DNA of 64,000 bases, taken from Hemiscyllium ocellatum. Lineage: Eukaryota. Shown in pieces: positions 52,011 through 63,800 of this stretch. The notes under the pieces are model-generated. The model was not told where the DNA came from. It searched no databases and saw only the letters and a program-made list of their open reading frames with translations. Location: positions 4,543,479 through 4,607,478 of the forward strand of contig NC_083450.1 in assembly GCF_020745735.1 (NCBI RefSeq). The letters run 5' to 3'. Position numbers and translations under genes: made by a program. How positions within the stretch are numbered: the stretch's first letter is position 1; each line of letters opens with the position of its first letter.

Positions 52011-53144
52011 AACACACACAGAGGTTACTATTATTACTATTTATAATAATAATTCTCTCTCATACATTCAAATGCAGGACAAAGACTATAACAGTTCTTG
52101 GATATCAACTCACGGGTCAGAGTTCTATTATTAATTCTCTGTCTCACCCAAACAGACCTGTCACAGTGTTTGATGTGTATTAGTGATTATCTCTCTCTCT
52201 CTCTTTCTCTCATGCGCACACACATACACACAGGTCAAAATTTACAACATGTCACAAGCACAGGTAAGGTAGCCGATCTTAATATTTCTGTCACAGAGAG
52301 GTCAGCACAGAGAAATATAAATAATTGTCTCTGACACGCTGGTCAGGTAGTTATGTTAATGACACGCTCTCTGTCTCTCCTCTCTCTCAAACACACACAC
52401 ACGTAGAAAGTTATGTTAATGCTTCACTTATTCACTCAATCTTATAGGCACTCATATATCAGAGTTTTGTATATGTTAGAACAGCTCACACGCATCAGTC
52501 AGGTAGTTATATTAATAACTCATTATTTGCCTCTTTCACACATGCATACACAAGTCTGAGTGCTATATATACAAATAAATATCTGGCAGGCTCTCCATAT
52601 CGCTCACATGCATAGGTCAGAGCGCAATATAATTACCTTCCTCACGTGCACACACACGAATCAGAGTGTTGAATATTAATAACTTTCTGTTGGTATTCCA
52701 AGCACATACATAGCTCAGAGTCTTATTTATGTACAATTATCTTCGCACACATCGATCACAGCATTTTTTATTCATATACATACATATAAAATCCCCTTTC
52801 TCTGTGTTTCCCCACAAACAGGTAGTGATGATCAGAAACCATCTGTTCTTCTGCTCCCACCTTCACCAGAACAAATAGACACGGGATCAGCCACCCTGTC
52901 CTGTCTGGTGAGTCGATTTAAGCCAGGCTTTGTGCAGGTCCTCTGGAGTGTAGATGGGAAGGAGACTGGCAGTGGGGTGACCACGAGCCCTGTGTCCCGG
53001 GACAACGATCAAAGCTACAGTCTGAGCAGTTACCTGACAGTTCCGGCCACTGACTGGAAGAAAGGCTCCAGATATTCCTGCAGTGTGAGGCACGGTTCAC
53101 TGAACTCGCCTCTCCTCAACACCATCAGCTCCAGTGACTGTTAG
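49464..53144 (+). CDS. IGL: Intact germline-joined immunoglobulin light chain, shark type II (lambda): exons 49464-49512 (leader), 49620-49976 (VJ), 52822-53144 (C); 242 aa
   Basis: Leader MFMTLHLLWTLLIHVIG is followed by a GT donor at 49513 and an AG acceptor at 49618-19. The V domain has canonical Cys (LKC), Trp (WYRQ) and YYC and runs directly into the J motif FGGGT with no RSS; donor GTAAGT at 49977. Acceptor ACAG ends at 52821. C1 domain SDDQKPSVLLLPPSPEQIDTGSATLSCLVSRFKPGF...YSCSVRHGSLNSPLLNTISSSDC* has a terminal Cys. Exon lengths 49+357+323=729 nt are in frame. The C sequence closely resembles the sandbar shark lambda/type II C region as I recall it. An N gap lies in the J-C intron. 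Confidence 0.93.
49620..49976 (+). CDS. Germline-joined VJ exon of cluster 3
   Basis: Open frame GTLADPVLNQSP...YYCAVWHSSAWIFGGGTALAVR(S), flanked by AG and GTAAGT, with no heptamer or nonamer between V and J. Confidence 0.95.
50270..50508 (+). mobile_element. 5'-truncated HE1-like SINE in the J-C intron of the intact gene
   Basis: SINE body and tail; it accounts for the tail of ORF 49373..50383 (VCVEFARSPRVCVGF). Confidence 0.9.
51676..51829. other. Assembly gap (154 N) in the J-C intron of the intact gene
   Basis: N run. Confidence 1.
52822..53144 (+). CDS. IGLC: Ig light chain constant exon of cluster 3 (intact)
   Basis: Pyrimidine tract plus ACAG acceptor; open C1-set frame with Cys-Trp-Cys; TAG at 53142-44. 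Confidence 0.95.
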
Positions 53145-53419
53145 CTCTGAGGCTGACAATGTCACGGGTCAGTTACTGTGTGTCATGTTGCGTTTCCTTG
53201 TTTATTCTTGCTTTGCAATGTAATCTCTGCAGCAATGTTAGCGTTTGGTTAGTAACCTCAATATTGAAGATTATCGGGAGTAAGTGAAATGATTGTTCAA
53301 TTTGGTAAACGGTGTAATTGACCCCAGTATTTTGTGTGTCAACTCTAGTTCTGAGTGGAATGGGGAGCAATCTCCCCTTTTAGGCAATGACCATGTTGAA
53401 CTTTGTAAGCACAGCTCTG

Positions 53420-53425
53420 AATAAA
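53420..53425 (+). terminator. Probable polyadenylation signal AATAAA of cluster 3
   Basis: First AATAAA I found after the C stop (about 275 nt downstream); the homologous site in pseudogene cluster 2 reads AATGAA. Confidence 0.55.
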
Positions 53426-54058
53426 TATGAAATTTTAAAACGAATTGACTTTCATCATTGAACACGAAACGGGACACTGAGGGGCTTGGCAGTTTACACA
53501 GAATTACATCAAATGGTTCATGGGAACGTGCGTCAGTAATGTTCTCCTCAAGCACCTATTGGAGGAGCGAGTTCCCCCAGTCTCCCCCATTCCTCCACAC
53601 TATCTATGTGAATGAGTCCTCCACTCCCACCGACTCCCTGCGAGACCAAGTCCACTATTCTCCACACGGCCTGTGGGAGCAGGTCTCACATAATCTCAAC
53701 CAAAGGAAGTTTCTCCTCGAATCCTGACCGAGTTTGTCGGGACTGGATTATTTTGACCTGCTTTGGTTTTGTTTGTTACAGAAATGGAACATTCCACTCC
53801 ATCAAACTCGCAGAACTTTCGAAACCTCAATCAAACCTCACGTTCTATGTTTTCTGGAGAGGTGTCCAGGGCTGATCATTCCAAATTAATCTAAGCTCCC
53901 AGTTCTGTAATTGATCTTGTTAGTGATAGTGTCTTTCCCAATGCTTCTGTAATTCCGATAGAATTGGCTGCACTGGACTGCATATTTTAGTGTGGTCTAA
54001 CTGACAAGAGTAGAAAGCTGGTACACAGTGTAAAACACACACTGAAGATCATATATGG

Positions 54059-54208
54059 NNNNNNNNNNNNNNNNNNNNNNNNNNNNNNNNNNNNNNNNNN
54101 NNNNNNNNNNNNNNNNNNNNNNNNNNNNNNNNNNNNNNNNNNNNNNNNNNNNNNNNNNNNNNNNNNNNNNNNNNNNNNNNNNNNNNNNNNNNNNNNNNNN
54201 NNNNNNNN
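54059..54208. other. Assembly gap (150 N)
   Basis: N run. Confidence 1.
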
Positions 54209-54412
54209 ACACAGACATCCTGCACATAGACTAATACGCACACATGCCATTCCTCAAACACAGCTGAAAACCGTCTTCAAACCATCAACAATTTACAATG
54301 AGACATACCCCACCCGCCCACCTCTACGTCTGGATCATGGACAATGAGATTTCTCTCAGGGTGGGGGGAACTCATTCGGGGTGAACTGACCCTAATTCCT
54401 CAAGATATGGAG

Positions 54413-54622
54413 GTACCGGTGTTGGACTGGGCTAGACAAACTCAGAAGTCTCATGACATCAAATTATAATCCAACAGATTTATTTGAAACCCCAAGCTTT
54501 AGGAGCACTGCTTCTTCAACAGGTGAATACCTGACATTTCACCTGGTGAAGGAGCGGTGCTCCAAAACCTTGTGAACTTCAAATAAACCTGTTGGACTAT
54601 AACGTGTGACGTTTGACCTATG
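54413..54622. mobile_element. Penelope pseudo-LTR inverted repeat (third subfamily)
   Basis: Arms ATAATCCAACAGATTTATTTGAA / TTCAAATAAACCTGTTGGACTAT; core CTGGTGAAGGAGCGGTGCTCCAAAA. Confidence 0.7.
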
Positions 54623-56165
54623 TGCTCATGAAACTGGTGTAGGACAAAGGCAAGGGAAGTTTGGAGAGATTACTCCCACAGATAGTCATTGCATTCTGAT
54701 GGGAAGTTGGAAACAGATTCAACAGGAAATTTGAATAAGTGAGTAGGGTGAATGGTAGGGCTTTTGCAGGTAGAACAGTGAGAAGGTGTAGGCCGTGGGA
54801 TAGCCAGATCACTCCTTGAATCACAGTTCCAGCTAACAGCAGGATGATGGTTTGTCAGCTCTGTGTGTTTTCATGTTCAAATCTTCGGATTCCTTTATGC
54901 ACCATCAGTGTTCACGTGGAGCTGAGGACCACAGGCAACGTACACCCATCTCCACCCCACCCCCATCCCAAGGTCTATGAAATGCCAATAATTACTGCAA
55001 TCGCCGTAGACCTGGGAATGAGAAAATGTCTCGAGAAATGGAATTACTTATTGATGTATTTCAGAAAGCTTTCCCAATCAAAAGCTGAAAAGTTTATCGC
55101 AAGGACATGGGATTAAACGCTCAGGCACCTCATTTGTGGAGATACAAGCATAAATGCACACACAAATACTTTGACTTTTTACACACTTTCTCTCTTTTAG
55201 ACGCACTTCCTATTTACACACACATTTGTAAACACTCCTTCTATGATACATACACTTCCATACACACTCATTCTTTCTCTCCAATTTACACACACTCTCG
55301 CCAGTACCACTCACGCATATACACCGTCATGCTCACACACACAAACTTCCTCTCTCTTATACATAGTCTCTCTAACTCCATCACGCGTACACTTTCTCTT
55401 TTTTGCACACTCTCACTCACACAGGAAGGCAGAGTTTCTATCCCTTTCACAGACTATCTAACTCTCTGACTTACACACGCTCTGTAACACTTCCACACAC
55501 TCTCTGTCACTCTTTTACACCCGCTCACTCTTACTCTCTCTCACACACTCATATTTTCTCTTTTACACTGTCTCATATGTCTCCCTTCTCTCTTACACAT
55601 GCCCATCCTTACTCTTCACACAGACCCTCCCTCTCTCACAAATACAATTTCATTTCATCAGACGATCTCACTCACACAGATAAATTTTCTCTTCTTTGCA
55701 TGCACCCTCTTTATACTTTCTCTCTCTCACACACACACCTTCGCTCTTTTGCTCGCACACACACATACACACACACACATTCCAACCACTCCTCTCTCAC
55801 GTGTACAGTCATATAAACATTATCTTGCTCTCACACACTTTCTGTTTTTCGTACACTATCGTTTGCACACACATATCCAGAATCCAGTTTGAGGAGACGC
55901 AAACTCTGGACAAGAGAGTTGGACATTTTGGACTGAGATGAGAAGAAATTTCTTCACTTGATGCATGGTGAACCTTTGGGCATTTCTCCAAAAAAGAAAT
56001 GTTTTAGAAAGAAATAGTTTTCTGGAGGCGAAGAATGTTGTGGGTTATGAGGGAGAGTGGCATTGGGGTATAAATTGGGGTATAATCAGATTGAACAGCA
56101 GAGCAGACTCGTTGGACAAATGGTTAAATATAGTCCTTACATTTCCTGTGTTTGACCGAAGCACA

Positions 56166-56317
56166 NNNNNNNNNNNNNNNNNNNNNNNNNNNNNNNNNNN
56201 NNNNNNNNNNNNNNNNNNNNNNNNNNNNNNNNNNNNNNNNNNNNNNNNNNNNNNNNNNNNNNNNNNNNNNNNNNNNNNNNNNNNNNNNNNNNNNNNNNNN
56301 NNNNNNNNNNNNNNNNN
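56166..56317. other. Assembly gap (152 N)
   Basis: N run. Confidence 1.
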
Positions 56318-58469
56318 TCTCTCAAACTCATACATGAAGAACAAACATCTCCTGTAACACTTCAGGGTGGAATTTAAATTTCAGCATTGCTAAATTGCAA
56401 TTTCAATTATCCAGGAATTTATCTCTCATATTCGTGTACATAATAATCCTGAGGCTAAATGACTAGCAAGGGAAAACCGCTGGTCAGAGCAAGGAGTTAT
56501 TTTATGAGGAGAGATTAAGCAATTTCAGCCTGTATCATTAATGCTTAGACTGACAGGACTAGTTGGCGTGTATAAGATGCCAACCGAGATTGAAAAATTT
56601 ATCAGAGAGAGCAGCTTTCCTCATGTGGGGCATGAGAGGTCATGGTTTTAGAATAAGGGATATCAGATGTAAAAGAAATATGAGAGGAATGATTTTCTCA
56701 AAGCGTTGTGAATCTATGCCGTGTGATTGGTGCCAGGTCCTGTGATCCAGATCATGCCCCCTCCAAATATTTAAGAAGTTAGCCTAGAACCTACTTTTTT
56801 TTTCTTAATTTAAAGTGGAATGAAAATTGTCCGCCCTAGATGTAATGCAATTTGCCAAACTGCTCGATAATAAGCAAAATACAATTATTTGAACACTCTA
56901 ATTAAAATCATCCAAAGAAAGATGAACTTAGAATAATTTAATTCTATTGGAAAACTTAACAGAATAATGCATACAGGAACGGCTGCTAATTAATTGTTCC
57001 AATATAGTAGTATCTCATAAACACACTCCTTGGCCAAAACAACGAGAAAATTCAGCGTTAGTTCTAGCCAGGAGACATTTATTGAAGCTTCCAACTGTTT
57101 TGAGACCATAGCAGTTTTGATGGTACTCCGAAAACCTGATCAGTGTGAGCAGATCACAGCCATTCACGCAGCATTTTTTTTTAAAAAGCCAAAGGTCTCC
57201 AAAGCTGATTACTAAAGTGTTCTTCAGTAACCAGGTCTTTCCCCTCTGACTTATACATTCTCTTCAATAAAAAAGGACAAAATAACCCCTTTAGATGACA
57301 GCATTGTCACACAGGACTAAGCAACTTGAGGAGGAGACAGAGTTGTAAGTAAGAACTGTGGGACGGTGTCGTAATGGAGAGCAGTCAGAAAAGTGGAGTT
57401 GAGGCCGAGATGAGAACAGCCATGTCACATGTATGGTGACCAGGCTGGGAGGCTGAATGCATCCTCCTGCGCCTGAATCTTATCCTGAATTTTTATGAGA
57501 TTCACTGCAGAGACTGGACAACCTTGCAAAATATGTATGTCTGAAGCCAGCACACAATCTGCTGTGATTACACAGTGGATAAACGCTTGTTCCCAGGGCA
57601 TGAACCTCCATTCTTTAGCTAACCCTTTCAGAGGGAATATGACAGTATAGCATTGGGATTTGATTTGATATGATTCACTGTGGGATAACATCTACTTCCT
57701 GAAAGCGAGAAGCAAAATGAGGTGTGCAAGCTCGAACTACCTCCTATTAAAAGACAAGGAAGTGGGATTGAGTATAAGCAGATCATCCATTATCTCATTG
57801 AATGGCGGAACAGATTCGATGGGCTCAATCCTTCAGCCCATATGTCTAATAAATCTTCAAAGGCAAAACTGTCCCAATGCAAGATTCTAAAGTCTTGGTC
57901 AAGTTGATTGGGTAAAGAAAATGCTCAATTGACTCAGAAGTAATATCGAAACTGTGTGAATTATAGACTGAAAATAAAACAGTGATATGAAGCATGAGAA
58001 TCGCTGTTGAAGGTGAAATGAGTTTTACAGTGTGTCAGGAAACTGAAGGGAAAATGGGAAGCGATATCTAGTCAGCAAAGTGGTGCACCGACTGTGATCA
58101 TATTCCTTCCGCTCGGGGCTGTGAAAAGGTGGATGACACTGACTGCAAATCTAATCAACCTGAGCTGGGCATGGAGATGGCGGTCAGGGGGTTTGAACGG
58201 CTTCACATGTCCCCACTCTCACTGACCGAGCTGTCAGTGTACATCCAACACTGAAACCACACACACAAATAGTTTGCCAATTGGGTAGTTTAGGATGAAG
58301 TGGAGGGGGCATGCGACATGGATGTGGGGAGTTGAGTCAGATCGTTTGTTCTATTCATTTTTGTGAATACTGCCTGGCCTGACTTCAAAAGAAAACAATC
58401 TCATCCGAAAATCAGCGCTGTGCAAAGAAGAAGCGGAGACCTGTATGTTGATGAATTCAGAGCCCAAGC

Positions 58470-58695
58470 TCAGCATTTGTTGCAGGTGCTGGATCAGTGG
58501 TGCTGGAAGAGCACAGCAGTTCAGGCAGCATCCAACGAGCGTGCTTCCAGCTCACTGCCTTTTTTCCTGATGAAGGGCTTTTGCCCGAAACGTCAAAAGA
58601 TTTCGCTGCTCGTTGGATGCTGCCTGAACTGCTGTGCTCTTCCAGCACCACTGATCCAGAATCTGGTTTCCAGCATCTGCAGTCATTGTTTTTAC
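58470..58695. mobile_element. Penelope pseudo-LTR inverted repeat with an intact-looking hammerhead core
   Basis: Perfect 51-bp arms (58490-58540 and 58608-58658); CTGATGA-AGGGCTTTTGCCC-GAAACGTC at 58567-94. Confidence 0.85.
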
Positions 58696-58705
58696 CTATT
58701 TGCTG

Positions 58706-59295
58706 CCGCTGGATGGCGCTGAGACTGATCTATATCCTCAACCGAGCCATTGGATGGCCCTGTGATGGATACTTATCCCCAACCCAGTCACCGGGTAGCG
58801 CTGTGACTGATATATCCTGCATGCGCTGTCACCCCGGGTGGGTACCGGGCCGGGCTGTCCTAGAGGTGGTCGAAAGGTGTGTGAGGGCGGACCGAGAACT
58901 GGAAGGGGCACGGGGTGGACCGAGAACCAGAAGGTGGGTAGGGGTGGGCTGCCTTAGAGTGGTCAAAAGGTGGGAGGGGTGGGGGCTTGCTGGGTCTGTA
59001 TTGTCTGCACTTCTGTATGTAACCGTATTGTTTAATGTACAAATGTCATTGTCACACTCTTGTTAAATGTAGAACTGGGATTTGAGGTTTGTCCTCATCT
59101 CCCTGTAAAATGGTCAAACGGTAGGGTTTGGGGCCTAGCTTTTCTGCTCCTCTCCCTTGTAAAATTGCTGTCTCTTGTACAGCTGTAAATGTTTATTGTA
59201 AACTGTTTTGTAATTTATTTAATAAAATAAAAAAAGAACAGGGAAAAAAAAATATCCTGCATGCGCACACACTTATCCATGCCGCTAGGTGGCGA
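58706..59295 (+). promoter_or_regulatory. Array of CTCF-like motifs 3' of cluster 3
   Basis: Cores at 58706 (CCGCTGGATGGCGC), 58747, 58788 and 59282 (CCGCTAGGTGGCGA). Confidence 0.6.
58827..59251 (+). mobile_element. 425-bp 5'-truncated poly(A) retro-insertion with 15-bp TSD ATATCCTGCATGCGC
   Basis: TSD at 58812-26 and 59252-66; AATAAA and A-rich tail at the 3' end. Confidence 0.82.
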
Positions 59296-59609
59296 TGCGT
59301 TATTATAGTTTTTTTTGTCACACAGATGTTTTAAAATGTAATTTATTATTGTCATATTGCGCTCTGTACAGTGAAATCTCTGTATTGGTTTCAGACAGGC
59401 ACATCATATGATATAAAGTGCATCCGGATAATAGAACTGAGTGAAGAACGCAATGTTATGGCTGCAGAGAAGGTGCACAAAGAGTAAGGTCGACATTAAA
59501 TTTACAATTTGAGATCTCCATGCAGAAGTATACTAACAGCGGGAAAGAAGCTGTTTTTCAATTTGTTCATATATGTGTTTCAGTTTTTCTGTGTTTCTAC
59601 CAAATTGAA

Positions 59610-60960
59610 GAAGTTGGAAGAACACAAGAACATAACAGCTAAGAGCAGGAGTAGTCCATCTGGCCCTTCCAGCCTGCTTTGCCATTCAGTAAGATCCTGG
59701 CTGATCTTTTAGTGGCCTTAGCTTCACTTGCCCGCCCTCTCACCATAACCCATGATTCTTTTACAGTTCAAAAATTATCTATCTCAGCTTTAGAAACATT
59801 TACTCAGAAAGCTTCAATCACTTCATTGAGCAAGGAATTCCGAGGATTCACAAGAAGTTCCTTCTCAGTTCGGACCTCCATCTAGTCCCCTTAATTTTGA
59901 GGCTATGCCCTCTTGTCTTAGTTTCACCCACCAGTGGGAACATCCAATCTACTTCTATCTTATCTATTCCCTTAATTGTATTATGTTTTTATACTATCCC
60001 CCAATCATTCTTCTAGATTACAATGAATATAGTCCCAGTCTACTCAGTCTCACTCATAAACCAACCACCTAAACTCTGGAATCAACCTTTTGAAAATCCT
60101 CTGCATCCCTTCTCGTGCCAATGTATTATTTCTCAAGTAAGGAGATCAAAACTGTACACAGTACTCCAGGTGTGGCCTCACCAGCACCCAACACTACTGC
60201 AACATGACCTCTCGTTTTTAAACTCATCCCTCTAGCAATGAAATATAAAATTCCATTCGCCTTCTTAATCAACTGCTGCACCTGCAGACCGTACTTCTGT
60301 GATTCATGCTCAAGGACACCCAGGTCCCTCTGCTGAGCAACATGCTGCAATTTCTTACCATTCATGTAATACTCCTTTTTACTAATATTCTGACAGAAAA
60401 GGATGACTTCACATTTATTAACATTATACTCCATCTGCAAGAGCGTTGCCTATTGATTTCGACTACCTATGTTCCACCTGTAAAGTTTCACAGTTCTCTG
60501 CACACTTTGATCTACCACTCATCTTGGTGACATCTGCAAACTTTGACACACGGCGCGTGGTTCCCCAAAGACAAATAATCGATGCAAGCTGTGAATACTT
60601 GCGGTCCAAACACTGATCCCTGAGGCACACCACCAATCACTGATTGCCAACCAGGAGAGCATTTATTTATTCCCACACTTCGTGTGGTTTAATCAATCCT
60701 GTACTCATGCTCATGCACTGCCCGTAACACCTTCCATCTTTATCTTACCTAGTAGGCTTTTGTGCATTACCTTATCAAATGCATTTTGGAAATCTCGATA
60801 CACCATATCTACTGGGTCTCCATTGTCCACCATGTTTCTAATGTCTTCATAGAATTCCGAAAGATTAGTTAAGCATGACTGCCCTGCATGAATCCACGCT
60901 GCATCTGTCCAACGGCACAATTTCCATACTTTGCTATTCCTTCCTTGATGATAGTTTCAA
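59610..60960 (-). mobile_element. CR1 LINE, decayed RT to 3' end
   Basis: Minus-strand SCLTNL.EFYED, DMVY.DFQ.AFDKV, MEYNVNKCEV, QRDLGVL and LEYCVQFWSP-like motifs. Confidence 0.88.
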
Positions 60961-61129
60961 GCATTTCCTCTCCACAGAATTTAAACTGGTCTATAATTCC
61001 CCATTTTTGTCTAACTCCCTATTTCCCCTCTCACCTAAAGCATATGCACTCAAGTTTTAGACATTCCTGCCATTTGTTATTCATCACATTCATACCCCTC
61101 ATGATATTATAAGCTCTATAAAAGGTTGC

Positions 61130-63800
61130 ATTGATGGAGGGTGTTACAGAGATTGAAGAGATTTAAGTGCTAGAGGAGGTGCTAGAAATGGAAGTAAGAG
61201 AGATGGGGGTCATGTAGGACCCGGAGGAGATTGCAGTGATAGTGAGTGGTTTAGAGTCTGGACGAGGTGGCAGAGATGAGGAGGGGATTAGGGGCTGGCA
61301 CAAGTCACAAAGACAGGGAGTAGGGAGGAGCGTTCCGAGGTAGAGAGGGGTGCAGGGCCGAAAAAGGTGACAGAGATAGGAAGAGATTCAGGGACTGGAT
61401 GAATTCAGAGACATAGGGAGGAGTGTAGGGGATAGGGGAGATGGTCAAAAGTAGAGAATAGCTGAAAATGTGTTGCTGGTTAAAGCACAGCATGTTAGGC
61501 AGCATCCAAGGAACAGGAAATTTGATGTTTCGGGCCAGAGCCCTATCAGCAACACATTTTCAGCTCTGATCTCCAGCATCTGCAGACCTCACTTTTTACT
61601 CGAAAAGTAGAGATTAGTACAGTGTCTACATGCGGGTATAGAGGTGGGGAGGTGTATAGGGTTTGCAGGGCCCTACAGAGATTGGTGTAATGTAAGGAAC
61701 TGGAGGGAGTGACAGAAATACAGAATGGTGGATGGGCTGAAGGAGATTACAGAGATGTGGAAGGGGTCCATGCGCTGGAAGAAATCACAGAAATAGAGAC
61801 GGGTATTGGGCTGTAGTTGGTCATAGTCATAGGGAGAGGTACAGGGATAGGAGTGAATGTCAGCGATGGGCAGTAATGCAGAGGATGGACGAGGTGACAG
61901 AGATAAGGAGGAGTGTAGAAATGGATGGCGTTAAAATCATTGGGACGGCATTTATGGTGGGAGGGCATTTATGGTTACAGAGATATAAAGGAGTATTCCG
62001 AGTAGAGGGGATTGCATAGATATAGGGATGTGAGTGGTCGAGCAGAGATAACACGGGAGGTTATCGGAATCTGATGTGGGTACGGAGATATGATGAGGTA
62101 TAGGCACTGGAGACATTCGGGAAAACATGGAGGAAGCTTGGTCCTGCAAGAATTGGCAGAGAAAGGAAAGAGTTTAGGAGCTGGAGGAGGCAATGGAGAA
62201 AGGGTGGGAAATGGAGGCTGGAGGAGATGACAAAGATGAAGAGTAGTTCAGGGAATGGGAAGTAGTATAGGGACTGGAGGAGGTTCCACACATAAGGAGA
62301 GGTTCTGTCCTTAAAGGAGAATATGGCGAAACTGAGGGTTACCAGAACTGGAGGTAGTCATTTAGATAGGAAGGTGTGTAGCGTCAGGAGGAGGTGGCTG
62401 AAATAGGGAGGGGTTGGGCTGGAATTGGTTCTAGAATTAAGGACGGATATAGGGGTTGGAGCAGGTTACAGGAATAGGGAAAGGTATAGGGGCTGGGAAA
62501 TGTTACAGATGGAACATACAACATACAGCATTAAAGTGCAGTACATACCCTTTGGCCGTGGATGCTGCACCGACTTGTGGAACCAGTCTGAAGCTCATCT
62601 AACCTACCCTATTCCATTCTCATCCATATGCCTATCCAATGAATATTTTAATCCCCTTAAAGTTGGCAAGTCGTGAATTCCACGCCTCTACTGATATAGG
62701 GAGGAGTTTAGTAGTTGGTGGATGTTAAAGAGGTAGACGGACGAATTAGGGCTGGAGGAGGTGACAGAGGTTAGGAGGGATGTAGCTGAAGGAAGTCAGA
62801 GAGATAGGGATGAGTATCGGGATTAGAGTGGTTAACAGAAAACAGGGACAATGTAGTGACTGAAAGAGGCAACAGAGATAAGGAGATAACAGAGATAACA
62901 GCGGTGAGGAGAGGTTGCAGAGATTGGTAGGGGGTTCAAGGGCATTTGGCGATACCTGGGAAATTGGACTGTGACCTGAGGTATTTATAGAGATAGGGGC
63001 ATTGGAGACATTGTCAGAAATCGGGAAGTACCTAGGGTCTGGATGAAGTGGCAGAGATAGAGAAGGGTGTTGGAACTGGAGGAAGGTATGACAATAAATT
63101 AGGGTGGATGTGCTGAAGAAGGCGACGGAGACAGGGCGGTGTTCAGGAGCTGGAGGAATATATGGTAAATAGGTTAACTACAGGGAGTTAAAGAGGTTGC
63201 AAAGTTGGGAAGTGGTGACTTGTCTGGAGGAGTTACAGAGATTGAGAGGGGTTCTGGGGCTGGAGCTGGCTACAAAAATAGGGTCAGGCATAGGGTCTGA
63301 AAGGGAACTGTTGAGTTTTGAGGATCCTGGAATAGGTAACAGAGATAAGAGTTCTATGGGAACTTGAGGAGGTGATAGGGATAAGGAGGGATGCAGTGGG
63401 TGGAGGAGGTTATATAGATAGTGCAGAATGTAATGGCTTTAGGAGATTACAGAAAGATGAACAGGTGTAGGGGATTGTTGATGTGAGTGAGACAGGCAGG
63501 CGTGGAGTAAGTGATAACGTTACAGATTTAGGGAGGTGTATAAGAGCTGGACAGCATTAACAATAGGGATGGGTATGCATAATGGAGGATTTAACTGACA
63601 CATGGAGTCCTGTAGGGGCTAGAGACGTATGCAAGAGATAGAGTTAAAGAAATAAAGAGGGGTATAGGGATTGAAACTATTATACAGTGTTGGAGTGGTG
63701 TAGGGGCTGGAGAATGTTACAGATTGGCAGGGCAATATGAGCTGGATGATGAAAACTGGTGTGAGATTTGGTGTGGGCCTTGAATGCTTGGGAACATGAG
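61130..63800 (+). repeat. 37-bp G-rich minisatellite, unit 4
   Basis: Same motif, followed by the conserved block that precedes every V promoter region. Confidence 0.85.
61462..61602. mobile_element. Internally deleted copy of the 16.5-kb Penelope palindrome with a 15-bp TSD (14/15 match)
   Basis: AAAAGTAGAGAATAG at 61447-61 and AAAAGTAGAGATTAG at 61603-17. Confidence 0.75.

Larger units (their letters stand above)
49990..52790 (+). repeat. J-C intron built of a compound 40-55 bp repeat: (CA)n-GGTCAGA-GTTATAT-TAATAATT-(CT)n; paralogs at about 5850-9100 and 29000-30900
   Basis: Dozens of degenerate copies, e.g. GGTCAG at 51311, 51353 and 51400. Confidence 0.8.

Noticed and set aside
55183-55215. 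Resemblance to the Illumina adapter (translation HTFSLLDALPIY)
   Set aside because: Only about 23/33 identity by eye, and homologous CT-rich sequence exists in units 1 and 2, so it is chance similarity.
58706-58830. 41-bp periodic repeats as a CRISPR-like array
   Set aside because: Vertebrate DNA, degenerate repeats, homologous spacers and no cas genes.
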